In this document: positions 47,987 to 58,378 of the stretch, in pieces
How the letters are laid out: every line of letters starts with the position of its first letter
Numbering within the stretch: position 1 is the stretch's first letter
Assembly (NCBI GenBank): GCA_963666485.2
Contig: CAXXUO010000002.1
Coordinates: forward strand, 605,466-669,465
From: Syntrophorhabdaceae bacterium
Lineage (GTDB): Bacteria; Desulfobacterota; Syntrophorhabdia; Syntrophorhabdales; Syntrophorhabdaceae
Length of the DNA stretch: 64,000 bases
Reading direction: 5' to 3'
Position numbers and translations under genes: made by a program
The notes under the pieces: generated by a model
Told to the model about the DNA's origin: nothing
Database searches by the model: none
Seen by the model: the letters and a program-made list of their open reading frames with translations, nothing else

Positions 47987-48298
47987 TTTTCTCCGTTTCG
48001 AAACGAGAAGGGCTTTTAGCGAATTATATCATCTTTTTGGTTTGGAGATATTCACATATTTAAGGACGTCCCGGCGCTCACTCGTCCCGGCGCTCACCCA
48101 GATAGTCGAGATAGCTGGTCAATGTGTCGAAGGTGAGTTTTCGTCCCATGGGGAGATTATATCATGGGGAGGTGACAATAGGGTGGCAGGGAATGTATTC
48201 CAGATCGGGTGCTGCGTGTTGTGTATTTTAATTGAGGAACATCCCTTTGGATTCGCTTTTCGTGTTTTGTTGGGAACGTCCCCGGTCCCCTTGCGTAT

Positions 48299-49222
48299 TT
48301 AAAAACGGTTCATGTCTCTGTGATATTGCAAGTAATGTTTTTGTGAATTTGTAAAGCTTCCAACATTCATACCAGGATTCAAGTTCCAGCTGACCATCAC
48401 TTGTTTGATTTCATTGTTGGAACATAATATTCTTCCGTGGTCAGTAAATGATATCCAGCCTCGGTCAAAAAGTCTGTCGACGTGCGGGGATAGCAATAGA
48501 CCATTCTCACCATCCAATTTCTCAATATTATTCGAATTTCTCCAGGGTTTTATATGACTTGCTATCAATAATCTTTTATCAGTAATCCCCGTTAACCTAC
48601 ATTTGTTTTCGACATGCTCTAGACGTTGACGAAACAAACCTTGACCGACTCGAGCCTTGATCAATTGCTCTTTTTCGGTCTCAGGAATTCGATCATTTCT
48701 AATGTTTTCTTCGATTATATGGTCCATTATATTTATCTGAAATTCTGAAATATAGTCTGAAATATCATGATTATTAAGTCTGGAAATATCAAGCATTATA
48801 CGACCTAATTCGTTGCTAATCTTAGCGAGATAACAACTTTGGTTTCCATCTCCCGTTGTTCTTATCGGGGAATACTGAGTAGGCAATAAAGGGGCTATTT
48901 TCCCTATAAAATCTTTTGGTCTGAAAGGACGTTCAAGCGGTTGCCAGTCAATTTCTACTAACCATCCATTCTCCGACCATTGTTCGCCTACCTCACCAAA
49001 CTCTGAGGGTCTAGGATACTCAATAAATTTCTGAGTTATTACCCCAATCGCCCTGATTTTCCCATGCGCATAGGAAAAAATAATATCGTTAAGCTGGGCT
49101 TCCGTAAGATTCAAATAAGTCTGGTTTCTGGAACCACCTCTATTTGCCTTGGGAGACCAAATATAGCCGCCATGAATTTCCTGATCATGAGTTTGGCTAT
49201 GGTTAACCCACCAGTAATTCAC
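48299..49222 (-). CDS. HNH endonuclease with N-terminal EVE/PUA-like domain (candidate modification-dependent restriction)
   Basis: MNYWWVNHSQT...GGYIWSP; ARVGQGLFR, CRLTG, ASHIKPW, NGLLL.PHVDRLFD; AT-rich. Confidence 0.85.
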   Translation of the reverse strand: MNYWWVNHSQTHDQEIHGGYIWSPKANRGGSRNQTYLNLTEAQLNDIIFSYAHGKIRAIGVITQKFIEYPRPSEFGEVGEQWSENGWLVEIDWQPLERPFRPKDFIGKIAPLLPTQYSPIRTTGDGNQSCYLAKISNELGRIMLDISRLNNHDISDYISEFQINIMDHIIEENIRNDRIPETEKEQLIKARVGQGLFRQRLEHVENKCRLTGITDKRLLIASHIKPWRNSNNIEKLDGENGLLLSPHVDRLFDRGWISFTDHGRILCSNNEIKQVMVSWNLNPGMNVGSFTNSQKHYLQYHRDMNRF

Positions 49223-49595
49223 TTTAATCTATCCTTTAATGCTCTTATTTACCCTATATATTCCCTATACTCCTTACTCATTTTAATTTCAAGGAAATAA
49301 CTGACAGGCAAATCGATCAACGCTTGGAGCAGAGAGGGAATGTGCCAATATCTTGGCCCTTGCTGTTGGTAGGACCTCTCAACACCCGGCTTCATCCCGA
49401 AATAGGGAATGAGACACCAATGTCTCGTTCTCAATCCCAGGAGTCAACCGGGCCGGAATGACCAACGGGGTATGGATTCCCGCTTTCGCGGGAATGACGG
49501 AGGACGGGCAGCGAGGATAAATATAGATTTACTTAATTTATACTTTTTTTAAAACCTTGGATCCCGGTGTCAAGCACCGGGATGACGGGGCAATT

Positions 49596-50892
49596 GGGGA
49601 CGTCCTTGAATATGGGCAATTGGGCAATTGGGGACGGCAATTGGGCAATTGGGGACGTCCTTGAATATGTAAATATGCGGGACTGGGGACGTCCTTTAAT
49701 ATGTGAATATCTTGACCCTTGCTGCCCTTGCTACCGGTCGAGTGCGTCAACATCCGGCCCTATTCCCATTCAAACATGCGATGGCCAACGGCTTTTTTTC
49801 GATCCTTGGGTCCATTTTTCACACCAAAAAGTAATATCCCCATAACACCAATACCCATCTTTCAAGGAGGCTTCGATATGCCCCGTCATGCCCGTATTGA
49901 TGCTGCCGGTGTCCTTCAGCATGTTATGGTCCGTGGAATAGAGAGAAGGAGTATATTCAGGGACGCAGGGGACAGGGACGACCTCATAAGGCGGCTTTCC
50001 CTTCTTCTGCCGGAGACAGGAACTGCCTGCTACGCATGGGTGTTCATGCCAAACCATGCCCACTTCCTCTTAGGGAGCGGCCAATCGGGGGTGGCGAATC
50101 TTATGGGAAGGCTCCTAACGGGCTACGTTGTTTCTTTCAACAGGAGACATAAAAGAGCCGGACAGCTATTCCAGAATCGTTACAAGTCCATCATCTGTGA
50201 TGCAGAAGGCTATTTCAAGGAACTGGTACGCTATATTCACCTCAATCCTGTACGCGGCGGCATTGTCAAAACGATTGAAGACCTTGATGCGTTCCCCTAT
50301 TCGGGGCACGGTGCGCTTGTGGGCGGGACGGACATCCCCTGGCAGGACACGAATTATGTCCTCCGCATGTTTTCGGGCAACGAAGCCAGGGCACGGAAAG
50401 CCTACCGCGCATACATCGAGACCGCCCTGCACCAGGGCAGGCTGGACGACCTGTCCCGGGGCAAACTTGTCAGCAGCCTTGAAGGATGGACGGATATCAA
50501 GGGCGTTGACCGCAGGGTCAAGGGGGACCAGCGCATCCTGGGCGATATCGATTTCGTCACGAGGGTCCTCAGGCAAAGTGAAGGTGCGTTTGAGCGAAGG
50601 CTCATTATCAGGAGCAAGGGGTATACAATCGATGTGGTAATAGATATCATTGCTGCCATGTACGGTATTGCAAAGAACGATATCTTATCTAAAGGGCGGC
50701 ACCCGCGGAGGGTTGAAGCGCGGAGCCTGTTTTGTTATGTGGCATCCCGCGATCTGGGAATATCCGTGACAGACCTTGCCAGACTCATAGGCATGACACC
50801 TTCAGCGGTAACATGTGCGGTGGAACGAGGTAAACGTATCGCGATAGAGAAACATTTCAAGTTGGGATATTGACATATTCAAGGACGTCCCC
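49596..50892 (+). mobile_element. Y1/HUH transposase unit bounded by GGGGACGTCCTTGAATATGT inverted repeats
   Basis: Left copies at 49596, 49651, 49685; right copy 50873-50892 abutting the stop codon. Confidence 0.8.
49878..50873 (+). CDS. RAYT-like Y1 tyrosine transposase with C-terminal DnaA-C-like HTH
   Basis: HVMVRGIERRSIF, MPNHAHFL (HUH), GQLFQNRYKS, RYIHLNPVR, C-terminal ARSLFCY..IS...LAR. Confidence 0.92.
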   Translation: MPRHARIDAAGVLQHVMVRGIERRSIFRDAGDRDDLIRRLSLLLPETGTACYAWVFMPNHAHFLLGSGQSGVANLMGRLLTGYVVSFNRRHKRAGQLFQNRYKSIICDAEGYFKELVRYIHLNPVRGGIVKTIEDLDAFPYSGHGALVGGTDIPWQDTNYVLRMFSGNEARARKAYRAYIETALHQGRLDDLSRGKLVSSLEGWTDIKGVDRRVKGDQRILGDIDFVTRVLRQSEGAFERRLIIRSKGYTIDVVIDIIAAMYGIAKNDILSKGRHPRRVEARSLFCYVASRDLGISVTDLARLIGMTPSAVTCAVERGKRIAIEKHFKLGY

Positions 50893-50917
50893 GGTCTCGT
50901 TAAGCTCCTCTATGCGC

Positions 50918-51823
50918 TCACCAAGAAATGTTTCCCTTACTCTGTTCGTGCCAGTGCTTTGTTATATCAAACCAGAAAACAATCGGGCCATAAATTCCAA
51001 ACGCCTTGTATCTCTTTGCCAGAAATGCCGGCAACGCTTTCGAATCTATCCCCCACATTTCCCTACAACGCCTGGCCACGTAAGAATCGATGTTGAAACC
51101 TTTTGGTTTCCAGTACACGAGGGAGAGGTAGCTGGCAGATGCCGGGCCAATCCCCTTGTTTCCGATCAACATGTCATAGAAGGGCTCGTTGTCCAGGCAC
51201 TTCCATTCCCTTCCCAGAAAATATCCTGGCTCAGACAAGGCACGCCGGGCAATACCGACGATATACTTCGCCCTGAACCCACAGCCTGTTTCCGCTTTCA
51301 GCCCGTCCTCCCCGGCTTTCAGCAGTGCTTCCGGTTTGGGAAAAGCGCGATATCTGCCGACCTTCATGCCATATACATCCACCATCCTGGCGACCATCGT
51401 CTCTGTCCTGTCGAAAGTAGTGTTGGTCGAGCATATTACCTTACAGCAGTCTTCGAAGAGCGTCGGCGATCGCAGAAATCTCCCCATGTTATTACTGGAC
51501 AGCCAGCCCCATTTCTTACCGGAATGCTTGTAAAGAGCTTTCGGGGATACGTCCAACGATAGGCAATCGCAAGCGACATTCATGCAATGCGCCAAGGCTC
51601 CATGGATGGTTTTCAGTTCGCAATGTCCGTCTGTTACAGCCACTTGGAACACACCGCTGCCTTCCGGCAAGGCATAAGGCACGGTGAGCCTGTGCGACTC
51701 AATGTCGACATTGAAAGGCTTTAGCGAAAACCATCCGTGGGAAAGTATCGTCGCCCGAAATTCGGCGGCAGTAATGGATTCAAGACAGGTCACGCGTAAT
51801 AACCTACAGGCAATGCAACACAA
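50918..51823 (-). CDS. HhH-GPD DNA glycosylase (Ogg1/AlkA-like); start uncertain
   Basis: FPKPEAL, GFRAKYI, KGIGPASA, NIDSYV. Confidence 0.82.
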   Translation of the reverse strand: MCCIACRLLRVTCLESITAAEFRATILSHGWFSLKPFNVDIESHRLTVPYALPEGSGVFQVAVTDGHCELKTIHGALAHCMNVACDCLSLDVSPKALYKHSGKKWGWLSSNNMGRFLRSPTLFEDCCKVICSTNTTFDRTETMVARMVDVYGMKVGRYRAFPKPEALLKAGEDGLKAETGCGFRAKYIVGIARRALSEPGYFLGREWKCLDNEPFYDMLIGNKGIGPASASYLSLVYWKPKGFNIDSYVARRCREMWGIDSKALPAFLAKRYKAFGIYGPIVFWFDITKHWHEQSKGNISW

Positions 51824-52318
51824 AGGAAAGGTTTTTTGCGATCAAGACATTGTATTGGCCAGAGCCTTCGGATGCCTTCTTCAATTCAAGGTGATCCATT
51901 CTTGCCCCCCTTGGAGCCGCCTGTAGTTATCGAGCAACTCACTGAGCGGTAAACTGCACCCCTTCTTGATGAAGCCAAGGAAGGCAACGAAGACGTTGAA
52001 TTTTCCCTTTTGAAGACGCTAGATTCCCGCTTTCGCGGGAATGACGCAGGGGGAACAGGGAGGATAAATGTGGGTTTACTTGATTTATACTTTTTTAAAA
52101 CCTTGGATTCCGGTGTCAAGCACCGGGATGACGGGTACAGGGGTACAGTGTGGGTTACCGTTTTCGCCGGAATAAAAGGTCTTTGCAGACATTGATTCCA
52201 GCTTTCTTGGGATGAAGCCGCGGTAGTTGCAGAGAGCGGGCGGGTTGGCGCCCGCTCTCTGATCACAACTCGGCGGATCGGAATTAATGGCTTTGACGAC
52301 CCGGCCCGAACCTGTTCA

Positions 52319-53596
52319 TTACTTGGCTTTCCACCCCTCGAATTTCCCGCTGAAGAAGTCGATGTTCCGGTATCCCAGCATGGTCAGGACCGTGTACGTG
52401 TGGGTCAATTGGAAGCCGGCGCGGGCGTAGATGATGACGCGCTTGTCGGGCGACAGGCCCGCCTTTGCGTACATGGCGCTCAATTGGTCCGCCGGGAGCA
52501 AAGTGCGGTTGGCGTCGAGGGTGTCGTTCCAGAAGACGTTGACTGATGTCGGGATGTGGCCCCAGTCGTAGTCGGCCGGAGAACGGACGTCGAGGATGAC
52601 GACGGTCTTGCGGTTGTCATCGATCGCTGCCTGCAGCTCCTTTCGGTCGACGAAGCGCGGACTCGTCTTGCTGCCGCTGAAGGCGGACCCGAAGGTGTAA
52701 TTCAGCAGGGAGGTCTCCTGCTTCATGTTCGGCTCGCGGCTCCATTCGTCCCAGCTGGGATCGTAGAAGACGATGTTCTTGTAGCCGAGATTGCGCATTG
52801 CCAGGAAGTCGTTCGCCGCGTAGACGCCGCTGCCGCAGTAGGCAACGATCTGCTTGGTGCCGTCAACGCCGGCGCGTTGGAATATGCGCCTAACCTCGTC
52901 GATGGGTTTGAGCTTGCCTTGCGTCATAAGCGAGGATTGCGGCACGTTCTGCGCTGTCGGAACGTGGCCGTCGGCATAGGCAGACGGGTCGCGGCAGTCG
53001 ATGATCGTCGCATCGGCCGCGCCGATCTTCGAGGCGACATAGGCCATGTCGACCCGCGGGTCGCTCTTCCGGGTCATGCGGAAGTTGCTGGGGACCACAC
53101 TCACCGGTGACGTGCTGAGCTGGCCGGTCCACCCCTTGATACCGCCGTCGAGCACGTGGACGCGCCCGCCGAACCCGGCATATTCGAGCAGCACGTAGGC
53201 CCGGCCCGGCAGTGCGCTCGTCTCATAGATGAGCAGGGTATCGCTGTAGGTGAGGCCGGCGGCGGCTATCGCGCCCTCGATCACCTTATCGCTCGCGAAT
53301 TCGTTGCGGATGCCGTTCGCCTCACCCACGTTCATTGCCCGCCACGGGAAGCTGATGGCGCCCGGGATATGGCCTGCGGCGTAGTCCTTGCCTGAGCGCA
53401 GATCGAGGACCTTGGCGCCGCGCGCGACCAGCGCCTGGGCCTGGGCCGCGGAGACAATGATGGGCATGTCGGAAGCCTGCGGCGGTGCTGCTTCTACGGG
53501 AACAACCAGCAGGCTCGCCAAGAAAAGACAGGCGGCGACCAATGCCATACCCAGGCACAGCCCTTCGCCGTGAACGCGTTTCAGAGAGAATTTCAT
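52319..53596 (-). CDS. Exported three-domain rhodanese/sulfurtransferase
   Basis: Three DxR...GHxP units, YCGSG, YDPSWDEW; signal peptide. Confidence 0.9.
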   Translation of the reverse strand: MKFSLKRVHGEGLCLGMALVAACLFLASLLVVPVEAAPPQASDMPIIVSAAQAQALVARGAKVLDLRSGKDYAAGHIPGAISFPWRAMNVGEANGIRNEFASDKVIEGAIAAAGLTYSDTLLIYETSALPGRAYVLLEYAGFGGRVHVLDGGIKGWTGQLSTSPVSVVPSNFRMTRKSDPRVDMAYVASKIGAADATIIDCRDPSAYADGHVPTAQNVPQSSLMTQGKLKPIDEVRRIFQRAGVDGTKQIVAYCGSGVYAANDFLAMRNLGYKNIVFYDPSWDEWSREPNMKQETSLLNYTFGSAFSGSKTSPRFVDRKELQAAIDDNRKTVVILDVRSPADYDWGHIPTSVNVFWNDTLDANRTLLPADQLSAMYAKAGLSPDKRVIIYARAGFQLTHTYTVLTMLGYRNIDFFSGKFEGWKAK

Positions 53597-53830
53597 GACT
53601 CCTCCTTCGACATTGAATTGATAAGAATTTGCTTCTGACAATACTATAAGGTCCCCCGTTTTATCGCGTCAAGCGGTATCTCTGATCGAAATCAGGGGGG
53701 AGGTGGGGACGTTCTTAAGAAAGTGGAGATCGGGGACGTCCTGAATATGCCAATATCCTGGCCCTTACAGTTCACTGATAGCGGGGGACGACCAGGGAGC
53801 TCCACCGTGAAGAGCAGCGGAATCCCCGTA

Positions 53831-54385
53831 TCATGCCCCTGCCTGCGGGACACCCCCAAATCGTGCGACAAAGCCCTGGCCGGCTAAACCCGTGGAAGAC
53901 GGGGTTCCGGCTATCGTGGCAAGGTACGTACCGTCCAGATCCTTGATATGCTTGGCCACATTGTCGAAGTAGTTGTAGTGTATCTGCTCTTCGTCGATGA
54001 TCAGTTCAAAAAGCTTCGCACTGATGCTGTCGCCGTTCTCCCTGCAGACAAGCAGGAATTCATTATAAGAGGCAATCGTATTGTCTTCGAGGTTTGCGTC
54101 AAAGGGAAAGACTTCCTCAACCTTATGACCTTTTATGGCTTTTGCTGCAGAATCTACGGTCGGTTGACCACCCAACTCTTCAACCCGGTCTGCAAACTTC
54201 TCGGCGTGGCGCATCTCATCAAGCCCCACGAGCTTGAGCTTCATTGCAAAATCTCCGTAATCCATATTATCCAGATTATAGTGCTGGTTCATGTACTGGT
54301 GGATAGCGTGCAGTTCCATTGAACGGGCTTTGTTCAAAACCTCGATGACATTTGCTTTATTTTGTTCCCTCTTGTTCACGGCCAT
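53831..54385 (-). CDS. bfr: Bacterioferritin
   Basis: ELHAIHQY, DEMRHAE, LEDNTI, DEEQIH ferroxidase pattern. Confidence 0.9.
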   Translation of the reverse strand: MAVNKREQNKANVIEVLNKARSMELHAIHQYMNQHYNLDNMDYGDFAMKLKLVGLDEMRHAEKFADRVEELGGQPTVDSAAKAIKGHKVEEVFPFDANLEDNTIASYNEFLLVCRENGDSISAKLFELIIDEEQIHYNYFDNVAKHIKDLDGTYLATIAGTPSSTGLAGQGFVARFGGVPQAGA

Positions 54386-54677
54386 CGTACTCCTCCTTTA
54401 CCTAAAGCTGCTATTTAATAAGTATATGCGTGAAACTGCTACCCGTAAAGGACGCTGCCCGCCGGGAAAGCCTTTCAGACGGGCCCGAATTTCTCCCGGA
54501 CAGGGATCGTCGCGGACGTCCCCGGTCTCCGTCTTCATATGTGAATATCTTTCCCCTTGCTGCCCAGGAGTAGGGGGAGGTGGGAGATACTCTTTTCGGA
54601 GGCAAGCAATTTCTATTGTCATGATCGGCACGATTTGCAAGAATGTTCTGGAAACAGATAAATTCGGGAGGAAACCA

Positions 54678-55199
54678 ATGGTAAGAATTGTTATGCATCG
54701 GGCCTTTGCGAGTGAAATTATCAAAACAACATGTATTGCGGTGCTCTCCATCCTTCTTTTCATGGTCCTTGCATATGAAGCCGGGGCATACAATTCGGCC
54801 CACCTTCAGAAACTCAGCAGTACGAAGACGTGTACGGAATACGATCTCACCGGTATGTCTCATGCAGGCTCAAGAATGATAAAATTTGATATGTCCCGGT
54901 CGAATGCAAGCAAATCGTCGTATAACGGGGTAGATCTATCCGGGGCGGCATTGATCGATACCGATTGCACCGGTTCAGCGTGGCTGAACACAAAACTGGT
55001 GCACGCAACCCTCTACGGCGCTAATTTTACGAAAGCAACGATGGCCAACGTTGATTTCACGGGGGCGATCCTGCGTGACGCCAATTTCACCGGAGCGGCG
55101 ATGATGAACACGAAATTCAACGGGGCGGACCTGAGCGGAGCAACATGGACGGACGGCGCCAGGTGCCGGGAAGGGTCAATGGGTCAGTGTCTGGAGTGA
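54678..55199 (+). CDS. Pentapeptide-repeat protein
   Basis: VDLSGAALID, ANFTK, VDFTG, ANFTG, ADLSGATWTDG..C. Confidence 0.88.
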   Translation: MVRIVMHRAFASEIIKTTCIAVLSILLFMVLAYEAGAYNSAHLQKLSSTKTCTEYDLTGMSHAGSRMIKFDMSRSNASKSSYNGVDLSGAALIDTDCTGSAWLNTKLVHATLYGANFTKATMANVDFTGAILRDANFTGAAMMNTKFNGADLSGATWTDGARCREGSMGQCLE

Positions 55200-55375
55200 T
55201 CCAGGAGAGACCGGGGACGTCGTTGAATACGTCAATATCTTTGGGTTTCGACGCCGGTCTAACCCCTCGTCATCCGGCTTTATCCCGAAACGGTCAGGGG
55301 AGGACGGGGTCCTGCTTGACTTTCACACGGAACAGTGATACACGTATTTACGTGACATCAATAAAGGAGGTTCAC

Positions 55376-55621
55376 ATGGAGAGGCAGAATGTTACGTTGT
55401 CCCTTCCCAAAGCACTTCTTAAGAAGGCCAAGACCCTTGCCGTTATGAACGACAAGTCCTTGAGCGATTTCCTGCGCGAGACCCTCGAAGAAAAGGTGGC
55501 CGGGGAGACGGGATACCGGAGCGCCAGGAAGCGGCAGGCAGCTCTCATGGATAAGGGCTTCGACCTGGGAACCGGGGGACACATATCTGTCAAGCGGGAT
55601 GAACTGTATGAAAGGCGATAG
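55376..55621 (+). CDS. RHH-type antitoxin
   Basis: RQNVTLSLPKALLKKAK...SLS...RDELYER. Confidence 0.88.
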   Translation: MERQNVTLSLPKALLKKAKTLAVMNDKSLSDFLRETLEEKVAGETGYRSARKRQAALMDKGFDLGTGGHISVKRDELYERR

Positions 55622-56045
55622 GTTCTTTGTTGATACGAACATACTTGTCTATTCATATGACATATCGGCCGGAGACAAACATACTGTAGCAAAGGACGTT
55701 CTCAATGAGTTGTGGGAGGCGGGAAATGGCCTTATAAGCACGCAGGTCTTGCAGGAGTTTTTCGTTACGGTCACGAGGAAGATCTCTAAACCGATGGAGG
55801 TCGCTGTCGCGAAGGAGATCGTAAAAGACCTTCTGAAGTGGAAGGTCGTTACCGTGAGCGGCGGTTTGATACTGGACGCCATCGAACTCCAGCAGAAATA
55901 CAGATACTCTTTCTGGGATTCTCTCATCATCGCCTCAGGCATTCATGGAGGCGCGTCGACGATACTGTCCGAAGATCTGGCGGATACACAAAAGATAAAG
56001 GGCGTTGTGATCAGAAACCCCTTCTCTGCCCTGTCGAAGCGATAG
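55608..56045 (+). CDS. PIN-domain (VapC-like) toxin
   Basis: FVDTNILVY, STQVLQEF, SFWDSLI, LSED, NPF. Confidence 0.93.
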   Translation: MKGDRFFVDTNILVYSYDISAGDKHTVAKDVLNELWEAGNGLISTQVLQEFFVTVTRKISKPMEVAVAKEIVKDLLKWKVVTVSGGLILDAIELQQKYRYSFWDSLIIASGIHGGASTILSEDLADTQKIKGVVIRNPFSALSKR

Positions 56046-56234
56046 ATCTCCCAATCTCCATCTCAGCCCGCGAACCATTCCGTTAAAGGCCATGACTCCT
56101 TGGCCCACAAAGGCCCTGGGGTCAAGTCTTGCGATATCACATTTCGCGGCTTCAGGCCTTTTTCTAAACCGCTCCTTGATTGCCGGTTTTTCATGCAAAA
56201 AAGCGATAATGCAGGACGGGGTCCTGCAATAACG

Positions 56235-57596
56235 TCACCGCGTACGCGCGGGGTATTTGCCTCGTTTTGCTTTGCCGTGCCGTTTTTTTGCGGGGGACGG
56301 GGTGGTGGGACCGGTTGGCGGGGATGCGCTTGTCTTCGGCTTTGACGGTGTGAGGCCGCGCGGCTTTGAGTGCGGCTCGCGGGGCGGAGATGGCCGCTGC
56401 GGTTCCGGGGCGGTCCCGGGTTTTTGTGGCGGCCTTGGCGGCCTTGAGGACGCGGTGTTGCGGTCGGGGGGCGGCTCCCTGTAATCGAAGCCGTCGAGGG
56501 TGCGCCTTTCTATCTTTGCGCCCAGCAGGCGCTCGATGCTCGCGACCTGCTGTTCGTCCTCTTTGCTGATGAAAGTAAAGGCGTCTCCCGTCTTCGCCGC
56601 TCGGCCGGTCCGGCCGATCCGGTGGGTGTATGCGTCTGTGGTGTCGGGCATATCGTAGTTGATGACGTGGGAAATGCTCAGCACGTCGATGCCGCGGGCG
56701 GCTATGTCGGTTGCCACGAGGACCTGGTACGAACCGTTGCGGAAGCCGTCGAGGGCCTCCTGGCGCCTGTTCTGCGACAGGTTCCCCTGGAGCGACGCGG
56801 CGGTGTGCCCGGCTTTCTGCAGCTCCTGGCCGATCTTTTTCGCCCGGTGCTTTGTCTTCGTGAAGATCAGTATCGATTCCGTGTCCGTCTGCTTGAGCAG
56901 TTCCATGAGGAGCTTTGTTTTCAGATGAGGGGCGACGGGATAGAGCGCGTGGGATACCGTGTTGGCGGGGGCGGTGTGGCCGACCTTCACCGTAACGGGA
57001 TCTGTCAGCACTTCATCGGTCAGCTTCCTGATGCTGTCGGGCATGGTGGCGGAAAACATCAGCGTCTGCCGTTTTGCGGGGACCTGCTTGATGATCCTCC
57101 TGATGTCGGGGAGAAAGCCCATGTCGAACATCCGGTCGGCTTCGTCGATGACGAGGATCTCGAGGTTTGCGAGATCTATCGTCCTCTGGCTCAGGTGATC
57201 GAGAAGGCGCCCCGGGCAGGCTACGATGATATCGACGCCGGCGCGAAGCTTCCTGATCTGCGGGTTCACCGCTATGCCGCCGTAAATTGCGCAGCTTTTC
57301 AGGTGCGTATTGCGCCCCAGTTCGCCGATCGACACGTGTATCTGTTCCGCCAGCTCGCGTGTCGGTGCGATGATCAGGGAGCGGACCCTGCCGCGGGGGC
57401 CCGGAAGCAGGTGCTGAATGATGGGCAGCACGAACGCTGCCGTCTTGCCGGTCCCGGTCTGGGCAAGGCCCATGACGTCTTTGCCCGCCAGTACGGGCGG
57501 GATGGCCTGGCGCTGAATGTGGGTCGGGACGTCATAACCCAACGCTTTGATACGTGTCTCGATCTGCGGGTGAAGCTTGAACGAACTGAAACTCAA
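56235..57596 (-). CDS. DEAD-box RNA helicase (RhlE-like)
   Basis: AQTGTGKT, PTRELA, DEAD, SAT, ARGID, HRIGRTGR. Confidence 0.96.
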   Translation of the reverse strand: MSFSSFKLHPQIETRIKALGYDVPTHIQRQAIPPVLAGKDVMGLAQTGTGKTAAFVLPIIQHLLPGPRGRVRSLIIAPTRELAEQIHVSIGELGRNTHLKSCAIYGGIAVNPQIRKLRAGVDIIVACPGRLLDHLSQRTIDLANLEILVIDEADRMFDMGFLPDIRRIIKQVPAKRQTLMFSATMPDSIRKLTDEVLTDPVTVKVGHTAPANTVSHALYPVAPHLKTKLLMELLKQTDTESILIFTKTKHRAKKIGQELQKAGHTAASLQGNLSQNRRQEALDGFRNGSYQVLVATDIAARGIDVLSISHVINYDMPDTTDAYTHRIGRTGRAAKTGDAFTFISKEDEQQVASIERLLGAKIERRTLDGFDYREPPPDRNTASSRPPRPPQKPGTAPEPQRPSPPREPHSKPRGLTPSKPKTSASPPTGPTTPSPAKKRHGKAKRGKYPARTR

Positions 57597-57931
57597 TGGC
57601 ACCTTCCTTGGTGAATATTTATTTGGCAAGTTATGATCTTTATTGTCGGTCAGGGTGAACGGTTTGGACGAACGGTTTACAGCTGACGAAGTCTCATGGA
57701 GCCTTTGATCATGAATGCCCGAACACTATAAGCTTATTTCCCGCCCCTGTCAACCTGTTCAGCGACAGGGGGGGGATTTAAGGGACGCTCATCAATAGCT
57801 GGAAAAGGAGAAGAACTGTGGCACCGGGCGGAAAATCTAAAGCCTGGCTGGCCGGGCGGATACGTCTGAAAAAAGACACTGGATCCCGGCCTCCGCCGGG
57901 ATGACGGAAGGGGGACGGGGAAACGCGGGAC

Positions 57932-58237
57932 TTACTCTGCGTCATTCCCGCCCTTTAACCTCGAACGCCTGTTTCCGCCGTCGAGGCCCGGGCCGGAACT
58001 GGAACTCGAGGCACTTGGGAGCCCGACAGAAGGCTGGTTCGAGTTTTTGTCCTGGATTCCCTGCCGGCTATTGACCACCGGCATGCCCATCGATCCCCCG
58101 ACGGGACCATAACCGAAACTGCCGGTCTGGTTCCCTACTCCGTCATCAACGCGGGTGCGGGCGTCAGCGATCAGGGGAATGACCAGCAGCACGGCCATGG
58201 CCCCTATAAGGATGATCTTTGTCAGGTTGGTTTTCAT
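57932..58237 (-). CDS. Exported low-complexity hypothetical protein
   Basis: Signal peptide ending ADA. Confidence 0.55.
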   Translation of the reverse strand: MKTNLTKIILIGAMAVLLVIPLIADARTRVDDGVGNQTGSFGYGPVGGSMGMPVVNSRQGIQDKNSNQPSVGLPSASSSSSGPGLDGGNRRSRLKGGNDAE

Positions 58238-58378
58238 TATCTTTTCCTCTACGTCATGGGTCTTCACGCAACAATCTGTACGGCCCGTGCGGACGTTGAA
58301 GACACAATAACTCTTGCGGACGGGCGATGTCAATTAATGATAGAAAAATGGGACATTATCCGATTCAGGATAATGTCC

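Noticed and set aside
44000..56200. Classical integron
   Set aside because: No tyrosine integrase, no recognisable attC (RYYYAAC/GTTRRRY) sites, and genes are in mixed orientation
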